Origin: Bugula neritina
Lineage: Eukaryota; Animalia; Bryozoa
Length of the DNA: 64,000 bases
Direction of reading: 5' to 3'
NCBI GenBank assembly: GCA_964035545.1
Contig: OZ037773.1
Coordinates: 124,001 to 188,000, forward strand
The notes below the pieces were generated by a model. It was not told the origin of the DNA. It worked only from the letters and a program-made list of their open reading frames with translations, and did not search any database. Below, in pieces: positions 24,701-34,207 of this stretch. The stretch's first letter is position 1, and each line of letters starts with the position of its first letter. Made by a program: the position numbers and the translations under genes.

Positions 24701-26131
24701 TATTTATACTTTTTACTTCTTCCCTAGTAGTTTTCTTGCCTGACACACTTCACTTATGCAATATTAAAATATTCTTATATCTGTTAGTTTTCGTTTGCAT
24801 ACTGATTTATAATGAATTTTGTTCGAGTATGTGCCGAAATGATTTGGGATTTCTGATTGCATGAAAATCAAATTTTCAGTCGGCTTTACCTTTACCATCC
24901 AACCTCAAAACAGAATGTAAATGAAAACTAACATATTATCATAACAATCTTTCAGTACTGCATAAGTGAAGTGTGCAGGGAGTCTTTAAAGAGTTTGCAT
25001 ACATGGACATATTTTATTTATCAGAGGTAAATGGTAACACAGTGGCTGAAAAATATACTCCCACAGAGACAGACAGAGCTGGACTAACTTTATCCTGTAC
25101 AGATACGAAACATTCTAACTGGAAGGGAGGGAATACTGAACAAACTGTTGCCATCACACCACAGTGTAAGTAAGCACCATCAATATTTTTCTTGTTATAC
25201 CTACTGTTTGAATGTGAAATTTCCAGTTGACATGTAAGGTGCTAGACCAGGGGTGTCCAACCTTTCAAAGGGAGTGCCTCTGAAGGGGAATATTCCAGTG
25301 GCAAGACCCATATTTTAAACTTCAGTTTGAACTGGGTACCGCAGCGTCAGTTATTTTTAGATAGTTTATTCTAAAGTCTTATTTATCAGTACAAAGTAAA
25401 GTCCCAATAGTTACTGCATACTACATTTTGTAGCATTTATATGAATAATACATTTAAAAGGTGCTTTTTCTCTCAAATTCATATATGTGTGAAAAATAGT
25501 TTTATTTGTTATGCCTTTGAGAGCCACATAAATGTAGGCTGGGGGCCACATCCGGTCCTGGGGCCTCCTGTTAGACAGCCCTGTGCTATGAATTTTATTT
25601 TTGTAGACTTGGATAGAAAGGCTGATGCTCCAGATCCAATTGTGAAAGAATTTAACCCTGGACATTCTGATGCTAGACTAGATTGTAGCCAACATGTGGA
25701 TGCCAACCCACCACCCTCTACGTTCACTTGGACATATAATAGAGTTGTGACAACTGAATCATCCAATCAGCTGACTCTAATTCCTCAGACAAACGGTGTA
25801 ACAGAAACAGCCGAATGTACAGCTGAAAATGGCTTATGTAAGAATTAGCACTTATACAAATGAATGAGAATTGTAAATTTTTTTCTAATTTCCTAATGTT
25901 AGTTGTAGATGTTTTTTAAGTTAAAACTTTTTTTTTCTTGAAAATTTCTTTAAATCGGTTTCAGCAAAGACAGTGACTATCAAATGGGACATAATGTGGA
26001 AGGATACTGCCACAATACCCCCTACAACCCCCACTACAACTGCTGTGAACAAGGGAGGTCTGATAGGTGGCATACTTTCTACTTTCATTGCAGTGATAGT
26101 TGCAGTAGTAGTCTCAGGAGTGGTTAGATAA
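21737..26131 (+). CDS. Ig-superfamily type I membrane protein, copy 1 (signal peptide, 3 Ig-like domains, TM; ends at a stop right after the TM; about 373 aa)
   Basis: Exons 21737-21794, 22837-23250, 23845-23955, 25025-25165, 25607-25837 and 25965-26138, all GT-AG and phase 1. Ig motifs ITFTC...GKFYC, FTFDC...LTLSC, RLDC...ANPPP.FTW...AEC; [28 protein letters not shown] at 26129-26131; tail exon at 27684-27736. Confidence 0.82.
24103..24308. mobile_element. Small MITE
   Basis: 14-bp TIR CAGTGCTCCCTCCA; TSD not evident. Confidence 0.55.
25248..25583. mobile_element. hAT (Charlie-like) MITE
   Basis: Imperfect TIR CAGGGGTGTCCAAC / GTTAGACAGCCCTG; degenerate 8-bp flanks TGCTAGAC / TGCTATGA; absent from the paralogous intron. 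Confidence 0.6.
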
Positions 26132-26428
26132 TCAAAAGGTATGATTTTGTTATCCATTGCTAGAATTATAATAGATTATTATAAAATGTAATCGGTGCTA
26201 AGAAACCAAGTCATACATTGCATAAAAAGTAGTTGCAGCAAATACAAACTGCCACTGTGTAAAAAAAGGGCGTGGAGTTGCTAAATGGCAATTGTGACTG
26301 GATACTTTTCTCACCATCACTAGCAGTATTTGCTGGGAATAGTAGCAGCAAATAGTTACTTATCACTCTTTGTATAGGCTGATCCACCAGAAAATCAATA
26401 ATAAATATTGACACAAAAACTGACATAT

Positions 26429-26873
26429 TGTAGTAAATTTATGCTATTCACTAATTATGCAGGCATATAAAACGAAAGCTGAAAACTGCCAACATAGAGT
26501 ATTGATAGCCTTTATTTAGTAAGAATTATACATGAGTTAAATACAGTACACAAGTGTGAAGAATTACATAACTTGACAAATAATAAGCATGCAACCTAAC
26601 TATTCAAGCATTACTATTCAACTGCTGATGCACCTGCTTATAATCTCACATTATTAGCTCCATCCCAAAGCATTAGCTGCAGCTACTGATGCAAGTTGCT
26701 AATGTTTGTATCATCATTAGCTCCATTCTAATTGGTTGATCCCATTCATTTTTCACAGAAGTAGCGTAACAATGTAGGCAGTACTAGGCCGAGTGTAGCT
26801 TAGTGTATCCAAGACATGAGAGCAGTGGAGTAATTATAAGAGTTGCCCTTCCGATATATCATAAATCACCACA
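26429..26873 (-). repeat. Solo LTR (445 bp) with ATAT TSD in an intron of Ig gene copy 1
   Basis: TGTAGT...CCACA termini, ATAT at 26425-26428 and 26874-26877; absent from the paralogue (~56600). Orientation tentative. Confidence 0.75.
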
Positions 26874-28556
26874 ATATATAACACCTCAGCAACAATAGAA
26901 GGATGACGAACTGTTGAAAACAAACAATATCCAATTGCCTACCATCATAGATCATCTACTTGGCTTATACTGTTCAACTAGCCTGCCTTTGAGTTTTGAG
27001 TAATATCTATACCACAGCAATTGGGCAAATGTGATTGGTCACTTGAATTTCACTCATTTCGATCAAGTGGCATAATTTTAAGATTGGAAAATCTTATTAG
27101 TGTGGCCTTAATCCAACCTATTTTGTCCCATTCAGTTTCTAATTGTCAAGATTTTATTGTCTCTTTGATCTCATTTCAGTATCCTGATTATCAATATCTA
27201 CTGAACTTCTTTATAAGTATTCCTCCACTTTTGACAGCAACTTTTCAGTTCAGTCACTTCTATTTTTATGTGCAATGTTTGTATTTGATTTGAAATTAAA
27301 CCAATTGATAATACAGTCAAATTTCTTACTCAAACTATCATGATCTTTAGTTGATTAAATTTGCTTTTATCAACTTTTTCAACAGTATTGTTTTTACTGG
27401 TACAGTTCGCTCCATTCAAATGTAACCATGTAACATTAGGCTTCAAACTTTTCAACCAGCTCAACTCTACACTGTATTTTCATGGCTGCTCATTATGCGA
27501 ATGAATGCCCTTACCGATCATTTATGGTTTGCATTAACTTATAGTTGGAGTTTTATTCAATGCAACTATTTCTCTTGGCCAATTTTTTTATGGAGCCTGT
27601 GCACAAAATGTATCATTAGGCAATTGTTTCTGATTGGTCTGTGTGTTACGTTAGTTTATAATAACATTATTTGTCATTTGCAGAAAACAAACTCCAAAAT
27701 GATGAGATTAAGGGAGACTCCAAAAGAACGAGATGAGAGTTTCACTGTGTGTCTGCAGATACACTACCGGTTGATAAAATCTCACTCATTTTCACTGAAG
27801 ATACAAAATAAATATTGGGTGACTGCCAAATTTCTCTATACCAAGAAATGCATTTGGAATTTGAAGTTTTTACTCTGTAGATTATTTAGCTATTGAAACT
27901 ATTTGCTTTTTATGATTGTGATTTGCTTCATGTTTTTTCCTGTTTCATTGCATGTATTGTTCAAAATGACTACAATATCATTTTACACTCTGTACCAAAA
28001 TAATGATCAATAAATTGTTAACAGTTTTATGCATACCTTGATACAAATACTTTTATTTAAAACTCATGAAACATACCTCCCAAATTTAAAGTTGAAATCA
28101 TACAATTAATCACTAAAATCCATGTTAAGCAAGGTTTCCAACAATATCTAAGGAATGCTTTGCAGATTTGAGAGATCTTCTGAACAATATAGCATACTGA
28201 AAGTTAGCAAAAATTACAGCAACTAAAATTGCTGTCATTAAAATAATAATGATAATTAATTTGTACAAATACATAAACAGATTAACAGTAAGTGTGTTTG
28301 GTACTAATATATATAGTTCATAAAACTGTTGTTGAGCTCTTTTATCAAAATATAACTAAATTATTTATACAGAACAATCAATCCAAGAAAGAATAAAAAA
28401 GTTTATCAAAAACCCAACAAACAGTAACAGGAAACAAAACAAAAAGTAGTTGTATAATTGAAGATGAAAAAGAATCCAACTAAGTTATACATTGCATGCA
28501 GATAAACTAGTTTATTAAAAAAATGTAGTGAGGTTATAAAATTTTTCAAACCCACC

Positions 28557-28625
28557 CACCCCTCACCGGGGTTGGAACCTGAGACCCCCATTTCTCAAGC
28601 AAGTGCTAACCAGTACACCACATGT
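28557..28625 (-). mobile_element. tRNA-derived SINE-like head
   Basis: A-box-like TGGTGTACTGG and B-box-like GGTTCCAACCC at tRNA spacing; no clean cloverleaf. Confidence 0.4.
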
Positions 28626-29132
28626 ATGACTGGGTAGTCTCATCACCGAACATGCATATGTATATACACATACACAGAATGATTCAAGCGTAAATCTCTT
28701 TGAAATGGCAATAATTTTATGCATCCAGCTCACTAAAAGTATGAAGTTGATGATTATCTCCTCTCATTTCAATGATAATTTAGTTGCAGGCAACTGTTTG
28801 ACTGCAAACTGTTCTTGAATAAATTCACCTGCAGTAATCAGCCTCTGCACTTCTTCATGCAAAACAGCTTGGACTTCTGCTTCTTTCCATTTCTTGAACC
28901 TCAAAGGTTTTCTTTCTACTAACACAACAATGCTACTAAGAACCACCCACAATACCTTTACAGACGACTACTTCTTGTACTAGTAGAAAACTCAATGCTC
29001 ATTGCCTGTACTCAAAATAAAACTTTGAACACTATTATTCAAGAAAAAAAATTAAAAAAAACCTTAACAAATTTATTTAATGAAATCCATAACCCTGCTA
29101 AATTAACAATTGTTTTTGCCAGAGACAGATAT

Positions 29133-29505
29133 TGTAATGGTTAGAGGAAGTATACCCCCCAGTACCCCCTGCTAAGCATGACTATAGATTACAGTGAAAC
29201 TAACATCAAGGACGACAACTCCGCAAACCCTTGCTGCATGTCTATGTGATGCCCTATTAGTAACTACGGATGACACCGCTGGAATCTATGTCATCCAATC
29301 GGAATCTACTCTGTGTATATAAGCAATGCCTCCCTCTGCCCACAGCAGTCTTGGACAGTAGTAGTAGATAACTAGTTAATTACATGTAGCGCTCTACGTT
29401 TGATACTTATGTTGCTTTTCTGATTGTAATTGTGATTTTTATCATCTTACGTAATTAATTATAATATAGTTATTCATCGAACACTCAACTAGCTCGGTTA
29501 CTTCT
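29133..29505 (+). repeat. Probable truncated LTR of a related family
   Basis: Starts ATAT|TGTAATGG like the D LTR; TATATAA motif; no clear CA end. Confidence 0.4.
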
Positions 29506-29507
29506 AT

Positions 29508-29613
29508 AGGGAAAGAGAAAGGGAAGGGAAGGGAGGGGAGGGGAAGAGAGGGGGAGAGAGAGGGAGAGAGGGGGAGAGAGGGAGAGGGGAGAGGGGGGTG
29601 AGAGAGGGAGAGA
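29508..29613. repeat. GA-rich simple repeat
   Basis: Polypurine (GGGAGA-like) tract. Confidence 0.85.
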
Positions 29614-30085
29614 GTGTGTGTAAGGGGAGAGTGTATGGAAGAATACAGAGTAAATGTTCAATCAGAAATTCAGGACATATAGTATAGCCATACAGACACC
29701 ATGATATTGTAATGGGATTACGTAGCATAATAATGGAGTCGTCCCCTTTTGTGTGGAATACTTATAACTATGTTCTACTATCCAATCAGAGGGACCGGAA
29801 GGCAAGGTTCCGGTCAAGTGACTGTACGCGGGTTAGCTAGCAGAAACCATGTGTTGTTGAGAGCAGGGGCTCGTAGTAGTAACATGCGTTTATAATTGAT
29901 TGATGTATTGTGGTTTTGATGTAATGTTATAATTATGTTTATCGAGTAAAATAAAGGTTATCGTACGCAAGCCAAACTAGTGATTGCTAGTTAAATTGAA
30001 ACTAAATACGCAGGCAATCCACGCTTGATAATTGTGCTAAGACTCACAACAGTGGTGGCAGCGGTGGGATTTCGCGTATATCAAG

Positions 30086-31021
30086 ATGACAGAAAGAGGC
30101 ACAGAGCTACCTATTCGGAGGAATGAAGGTGAGGAAGATAACGTTGCTATACCTATAGAACCAGAAGTGAGAGTGCATAGGGAATGTTATGAGGAGAAGT
30201 ACCAGCTGAGGGTGCCCACCTTCTCAGGTGAGGAGCCAGTAGAGCAATTCGTCCAAGAATTCCAAGATGTAATGGAGGTTGCACAGTGGCCACCCAGAAT
30301 AGCAATGCTCAAGCTCAGGATGGCGCTGTCAGACAAGGCCAAGCCATACGGAGTGGGGCCAGACATTGATCGAATCTTTGCTTCCCTGCGGGCCCGTTTT
30401 GGTATCTCCGCTGTAGATGCGCGGGCCCGTCTCCAAAGACTGCGGCGTGATCCTCACACGCCGCTACAAGAGCACGCTACCACGGTAATGAGGCTGGCGC
30501 AGATCGCGTTCCGCGATCTGCCGCAAGCAAACCGTGAGAGGTATACTTATGATGCCTTCATGCAGTCCATCAACGACTTGGGAATCCATCCCCAACTCCT
30601 GGCGAGGGGAGTCACCACAGTCGAAGGTGCGCTTGCAGAAGGGGAGGCTTACCTTCTGGCCAGCCAGCTGCACCGGAGCCGTGTGACTTCTCGCCAGGTG
30701 GACATGGAGCCCTCCGCTGCTCCTACCGCTTCTCACGCGGAAACTCCAGCGGTGGCCAAGGTGACGCAGATGACGGTGGCATCGAAGGTCGCACAAATGA
30801 CCTACATGCTAGCCGAATTGGTCTCCGCCTTGGCCCCTCTAAGCCAGCTAGACACCACCCGTGAGCTTGACGGGCTACCGGTACAGTCGCCTGGTAGAGG
30901 ACACCCCTCTTGCTGGGAGTGCGGAAGACCAGGACACTTCCAGAAACACTGCCCCCGACTTCAACCAGGGTTAAACTACGACGGCCCGCGGATGCTCCCA
31001 CATCCGGCGGGCCGCCGTTAA
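30086..31021 (+). CDS. gag: Gag of copy D
   Basis: Intact 311-aa ORF with CCHC knuckle. Confidence 0.9.
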   Translation: MTERGTELPIRRNEGEEDNVAIPIEPEVRVHRECYEEKYQLRVPTFSGEEPVEQFVQEFQDVMEVAQWPPRIAMLKLRMALSDKAKPYGVGPDIDRIFASLRARFGISAVDARARLQRLRRDPHTPLQEHATTVMRLAQIAFRDLPQANRERYTYDAFMQSINDLGIHPQLLARGVTTVEGALAEGEAYLLASQLHRSRVTSRQVDMEPSAAPTASHAETPAVAKVTQMTVASKVAQMTYMLAELVSALAPLSQLDTTRELDGLPVQSPGRGHPSCWECGRPGHFQKHCPRLQPGLNYDGPRMLPHPAGRR

Positions 31022-31034
31022 AACCCCAAGGGAG
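30970..31034 (+). promoter_or_regulatory. Putative -1 frameshift signal (GTTAAAC plus pseudoknot)
   Basis: Heptamer 30970-30976; stem 30982-30989 / 31007-31014; loop CTCCC (30995-30999) pairs with GGGAG (31030-31034). Confidence 0.7.
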
Positions 31035-31285
31035 GACACAGTGGCGTCCGCCACGCCAGACACCCGTCCGGGACCTCGCGAAACGGCCACCAGGACGGCA
31101 AGCAGGCTGTACAAGCCGCTCGCCGCCGGTGTTCTCAATGCCACCCCGCAACAGGTTCGACAAACGACGGACCGCAAAGTCTGCGGAGGGAAAAGCTCAA
31201 ACGCCGCAAGGCGTGGCGCCCCTCCCCTCGACAGCTGGTCCCGAGTCGTCGTCAAGAACCTAACTCCTCCGCCAGGGCGAGGGAG

Positions 31286-33352
31286 ATGAGGTCACCCAAG
31301 ATACCACTACACCCCCACGAGAGCAGCCTGTTTCTACCAGGACAGATAGCTGGCAAACCTGCCAGGTTCCTGTTAGACACGGGCTGCACCACCAACCTCC
31401 TGGGTCGTCGATTCTTCGACACACTCAGTGCTCAGATCCGAAGCAGGTTGGGACCGTATGAAGGCGATCATGGCACCCTGGCAGACGGGTCGTGCATTCT
31501 CTTTTACGGTATCATTGAACTCCCTGGGAGCGTCTGTGACCAGACCATCCAGGAGAGGTTCATAGTCGAACAACTCCAGGAGGACGCCATCCTTGGGATG
31601 CCATTCTTACAACGACACGGGTGTCGCATCGATTTTGGTAAATCTGCGAAGTTTATGGGCGGCCGGGAGCTCGCCTGTGTCGATAAGTTTGGCCATCCCC
31701 TAACGGGAGAAGAGCCGATAGTACGTACTTGTACTATGCCCGGCCACTCCCGGGACACCGTCCACCACCAGGTAGACGGTGGCCGTACCTCCAGGCCGGG
31801 AGCTGTAGAGAGCGTGCACCCGAACGTCCCACCTGTCCGCAGCTCTAACCAGCTAACACGGAAAGGAAAGGCCTTGGTGCCATGCCTTTACTCCCCCTCA
31901 GAGACAGTGAGCCTACCACCCACATCTCCATCAAGCTGTACTCCTTCTGTTCAAGAAGATAACAGCAGGTCATCGCGGGAAACCGCGATGAGAAGTCCTC
32001 TAGAGAGCCCGCCTCCAGGGCGAAGGACTGCCTCACCCCACGTCCCCCATAGCCAGGGGACTCGTGGGAGAAAATCAGACGGTTGTGTAGATAACGAGAA
32101 GCGCCAAGAGACGGCCACGTTACTACACAAAACCGAGGCTACACCTCACCTTGGGGACCCTGACATGCCCCCAAAAGTGGCACAGGACCCCCACGCCGAA
32201 CCTGTCTCAACCGATGGCGTCAAGGAGCTAGGACACCTCCAGGAAACTATTCCGGGGGTGGTAGCCGACGTCTATCGAATAAAACGGGAAGGGCGACGAC
32301 CCAGTGACAAACAACGGAAGCAGGGCTGCGCCGAGTGGCAGCTGTACTGCCGACGTTGGAACGCACTGCGGATCGGGCCGGATGGTCTATTGACCATATC
32401 TTTGGCCGCTAACCACAACCAGCCAGACCAAGAGAGGACCCTCTGTCCTGCCGCTATCCGCCGAGAGTTGATAGAAGAGGTACACCAACAGGCTCACGGG
32501 GGAGCCCAACAGGTGCTCATCGAACTACAACTCTGGTGGTATTGGCCTAACATGGAGCATGAAGTACAACGCAGAGTTGGGCAGTGTGGAGTCTGCCGGG
32601 TCAGTAAGCACGGCCTCCCTCTTGACGAGGGGGGGCGGCGAAGGCAAAGTGCAGAAAGACCCGGGCAGACGGAGACTGCTAACCTTCTTGACAAACCGCC
32701 TAGGATGCAACCCAAAGCAGTGGCGAGGCAGGAAAAGCCACACCCGTTCAGGGAAGTGCGCTCACCGCCTTCAGCGTGCAAGCCGCCACCGCCACTTCCT
32801 AGGTCAGGAACCGACCTGGAAGTGCAAAAACCCCCCAAGGGAGGGGCTCCGTACGGAGATGCTGGGGAAGCTCCATTTGTCACAAACTGGCTGGAAGCAC
32901 CACCTGTGAGACGTGACCGTCCACGGGTGAGTAAACCACCCTGGCTGAGGACAGCACTTCCCCAGGCTCCGTATGGAGATGCTAGGAAAGCTCCATTTGT
33001 CACAAACTGGCTGGAGGCACCACCTGTGAGACGTGACCGTCCACGGGTGAGTAAACCGCCTTGGTTGGTGATGACACCTCGGAAACGGTGTTCTAGACCA
33101 ATCCCCGCGTATCGCAAGGACTTACCACGTGTCGTTCAGGGCGCGGTCAAACGTCCTACGAGGCGCCGTAAGGGGAAAAGAGCAAGGCGTGGGAGTTGTG
33201 AACACCACGAGAATATCAACTTTTGCCTCGGCGGAAATTCAAACAGGATTCGTACGCCGGAGGTAATAAGTCATAGTCACGTTTCACAACCACGCTGCTC
33301 GTTCTTTTATCACATTAATACAGCTTTGAGTAGACGTACGGAGAAATCATAA
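31286..33352 (+). CDS. pol: Protease plus integrase HHCC fusion ORF (688 aa) lacking RT, RNase H and integrase core
   Basis: FLLDTGCTTNLL; HQQAH...CGVC; deletions at ~32160 and ~32710 relative to copy C; in-frame 120-bp duplication near the end. Confidence 0.83.
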   Translation: MRSPKIPLHPHESSLFLPGQIAGKPARFLLDTGCTTNLLGRRFFDTLSAQIRSRLGPYEGDHGTLADGSCILFYGIIELPGSVCDQTIQERFIVEQLQEDAILGMPFLQRHGCRIDFGKSAKFMGGRELACVDKFGHPLTGEEPIVRTCTMPGHSRDTVHHQVDGGRTSRPGAVESVHPNVPPVRSSNQLTRKGKALVPCLYSPSETVSLPPTSPSSCTPSVQEDNSRSSRETAMRSPLESPPPGRRTASPHVPHSQGTRGRKSDGCVDNEKRQETATLLHKTEATPHLGDPDMPPKVAQDPHAEPVSTDGVKELGHLQETIPGVVADVYRIKREGRRPSDKQRKQGCAEWQLYCRRWNALRIGPDGLLTISLAANHNQPDQERTLCPAAIRRELIEEVHQQAHGGAQQVLIELQLWWYWPNMEHEVQRRVGQCGVCRVSKHGLPLDEGGRRRQSAERPGQTETANLLDKPPRMQPKAVARQEKPHPFREVRSPPSACKPPPPLPRSGTDLEVQKPPKGGAPYGDAGEAPFVTNWLEAPPVRRDRPRVSKPPWLRTALPQAPYGDARKAPFVTNWLEAPPVRRDRPRVSKPPWLVMTPRKRCSRPIPAYRKDLPRVVQGAVKRPTRRRKGKRARRGSCEHHENINFCLGGNSNRIRTPEVISHSHVSQPRCSFFYHINTALSRRTEKS

Positions 33353-33372
33353 ACATACCACTCTCATTCACA

Positions 33373-34207
33373 ATGGCTTGCCAGGAATCGAGAGGTGAGT
33401 TAGTTATGTTTTTGGTACGAGGGCTAAACTGTATTAATCAGTTTAACTGTAACAGAGTAAGCTGGAGACTCGGTAATGATTTTTAGTGGTGAGAATTCAC
33501 ATTGACTCTAAGACTGAGCAGTCTGTTACAGCAGTGTGTGTTTTCGATCAACTATTCATTAGCTGAGTCTCACGAGTGTCTAATTGAGTTAAATACCCAC
33601 CAGGCTGTATACGCCGGTCGTACTCAGTGTACCCTCTTACACTGTTATACTCTTGCAGATTACACTCGATCGACCAACTCTGGGTCACAAGATCTACACT
33701 CTCTCTCCTCCTTGGATAACGGACCGGAAATGGACAACGGACTGTCCGCGGTGCTGCGTCGAAGACACAGATGGGTGTCGCGACGGACGGAGCAGCAAAT
33801 TGAAGAAGCCTGGGGACCAAGTAGGTCACAACGCACCTGCCATGCATGTGTGTCACGAAGAGCTTCCCTCACACCAAGGACTACGGCTGCATGTGAATGC
33901 ACACTTCCTGCTACGTTTCTGCCCGTGTGGATTTCACGACGTATACCCATACCGCGTCGTGGCTCATATGATGGTCTGTTTCGCGGGCGAGGGCTATGTA
34001 GTGGACGCGGACAACTACGACCAATACCTAGAAGCTGTCAGACCAGTGGTTAAGAAGGTTTTGACCTGGGCCGCATTGTCCTCCGGATTTTATACACTAC
34101 TAACAGCCGCCCGTCAGAAGTCCCCTATGATAAAAACGGTCGCTGCAATAATACCTCGGCCGGACAACACCTCCATTGAAGCATCAGACTCTCCCGAAGA
34201 GTTTTAG
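33373..34207 (+). pseudogene. Spliced zinc-finger ORF3 of copy D (frameshifted and truncated in this copy)
   Basis: Exon 1 33373-33394 (ATG...AGA G|GTGAGT), intron to 33658 (CTCTTGCAG), in-frame exon 2. Apparent 2-nt slip near 33848; cut off by E at ~34199. Confidence 0.75.

Larger units (their letters stand above)
10464..27745 (+). repeat. Segmental duplication, copy 1 (paralogous to ~47223-58060)
   Basis: Colinear high-identity match of upstream, intron and exon sequence, apart from TE presence/absence differences. Confidence 0.9.
29708..34198 (+). mobile_element. Non-autonomous Gypsy-type element, copy D (3' end lost at the junction with E)
   Basis: 5' LTR 29708-30051 after ATAT, PBS 30053-30070, gag, deleted pol and spliced ORF3. 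Confidence 0.92.

Noticed and set aside
27495-27896. 133-aa ORF as an independent gene
   Set aside because: It is mostly intron sequence overlapping the Ig gene tail exon in another frame and is not preserved in the paralogue.
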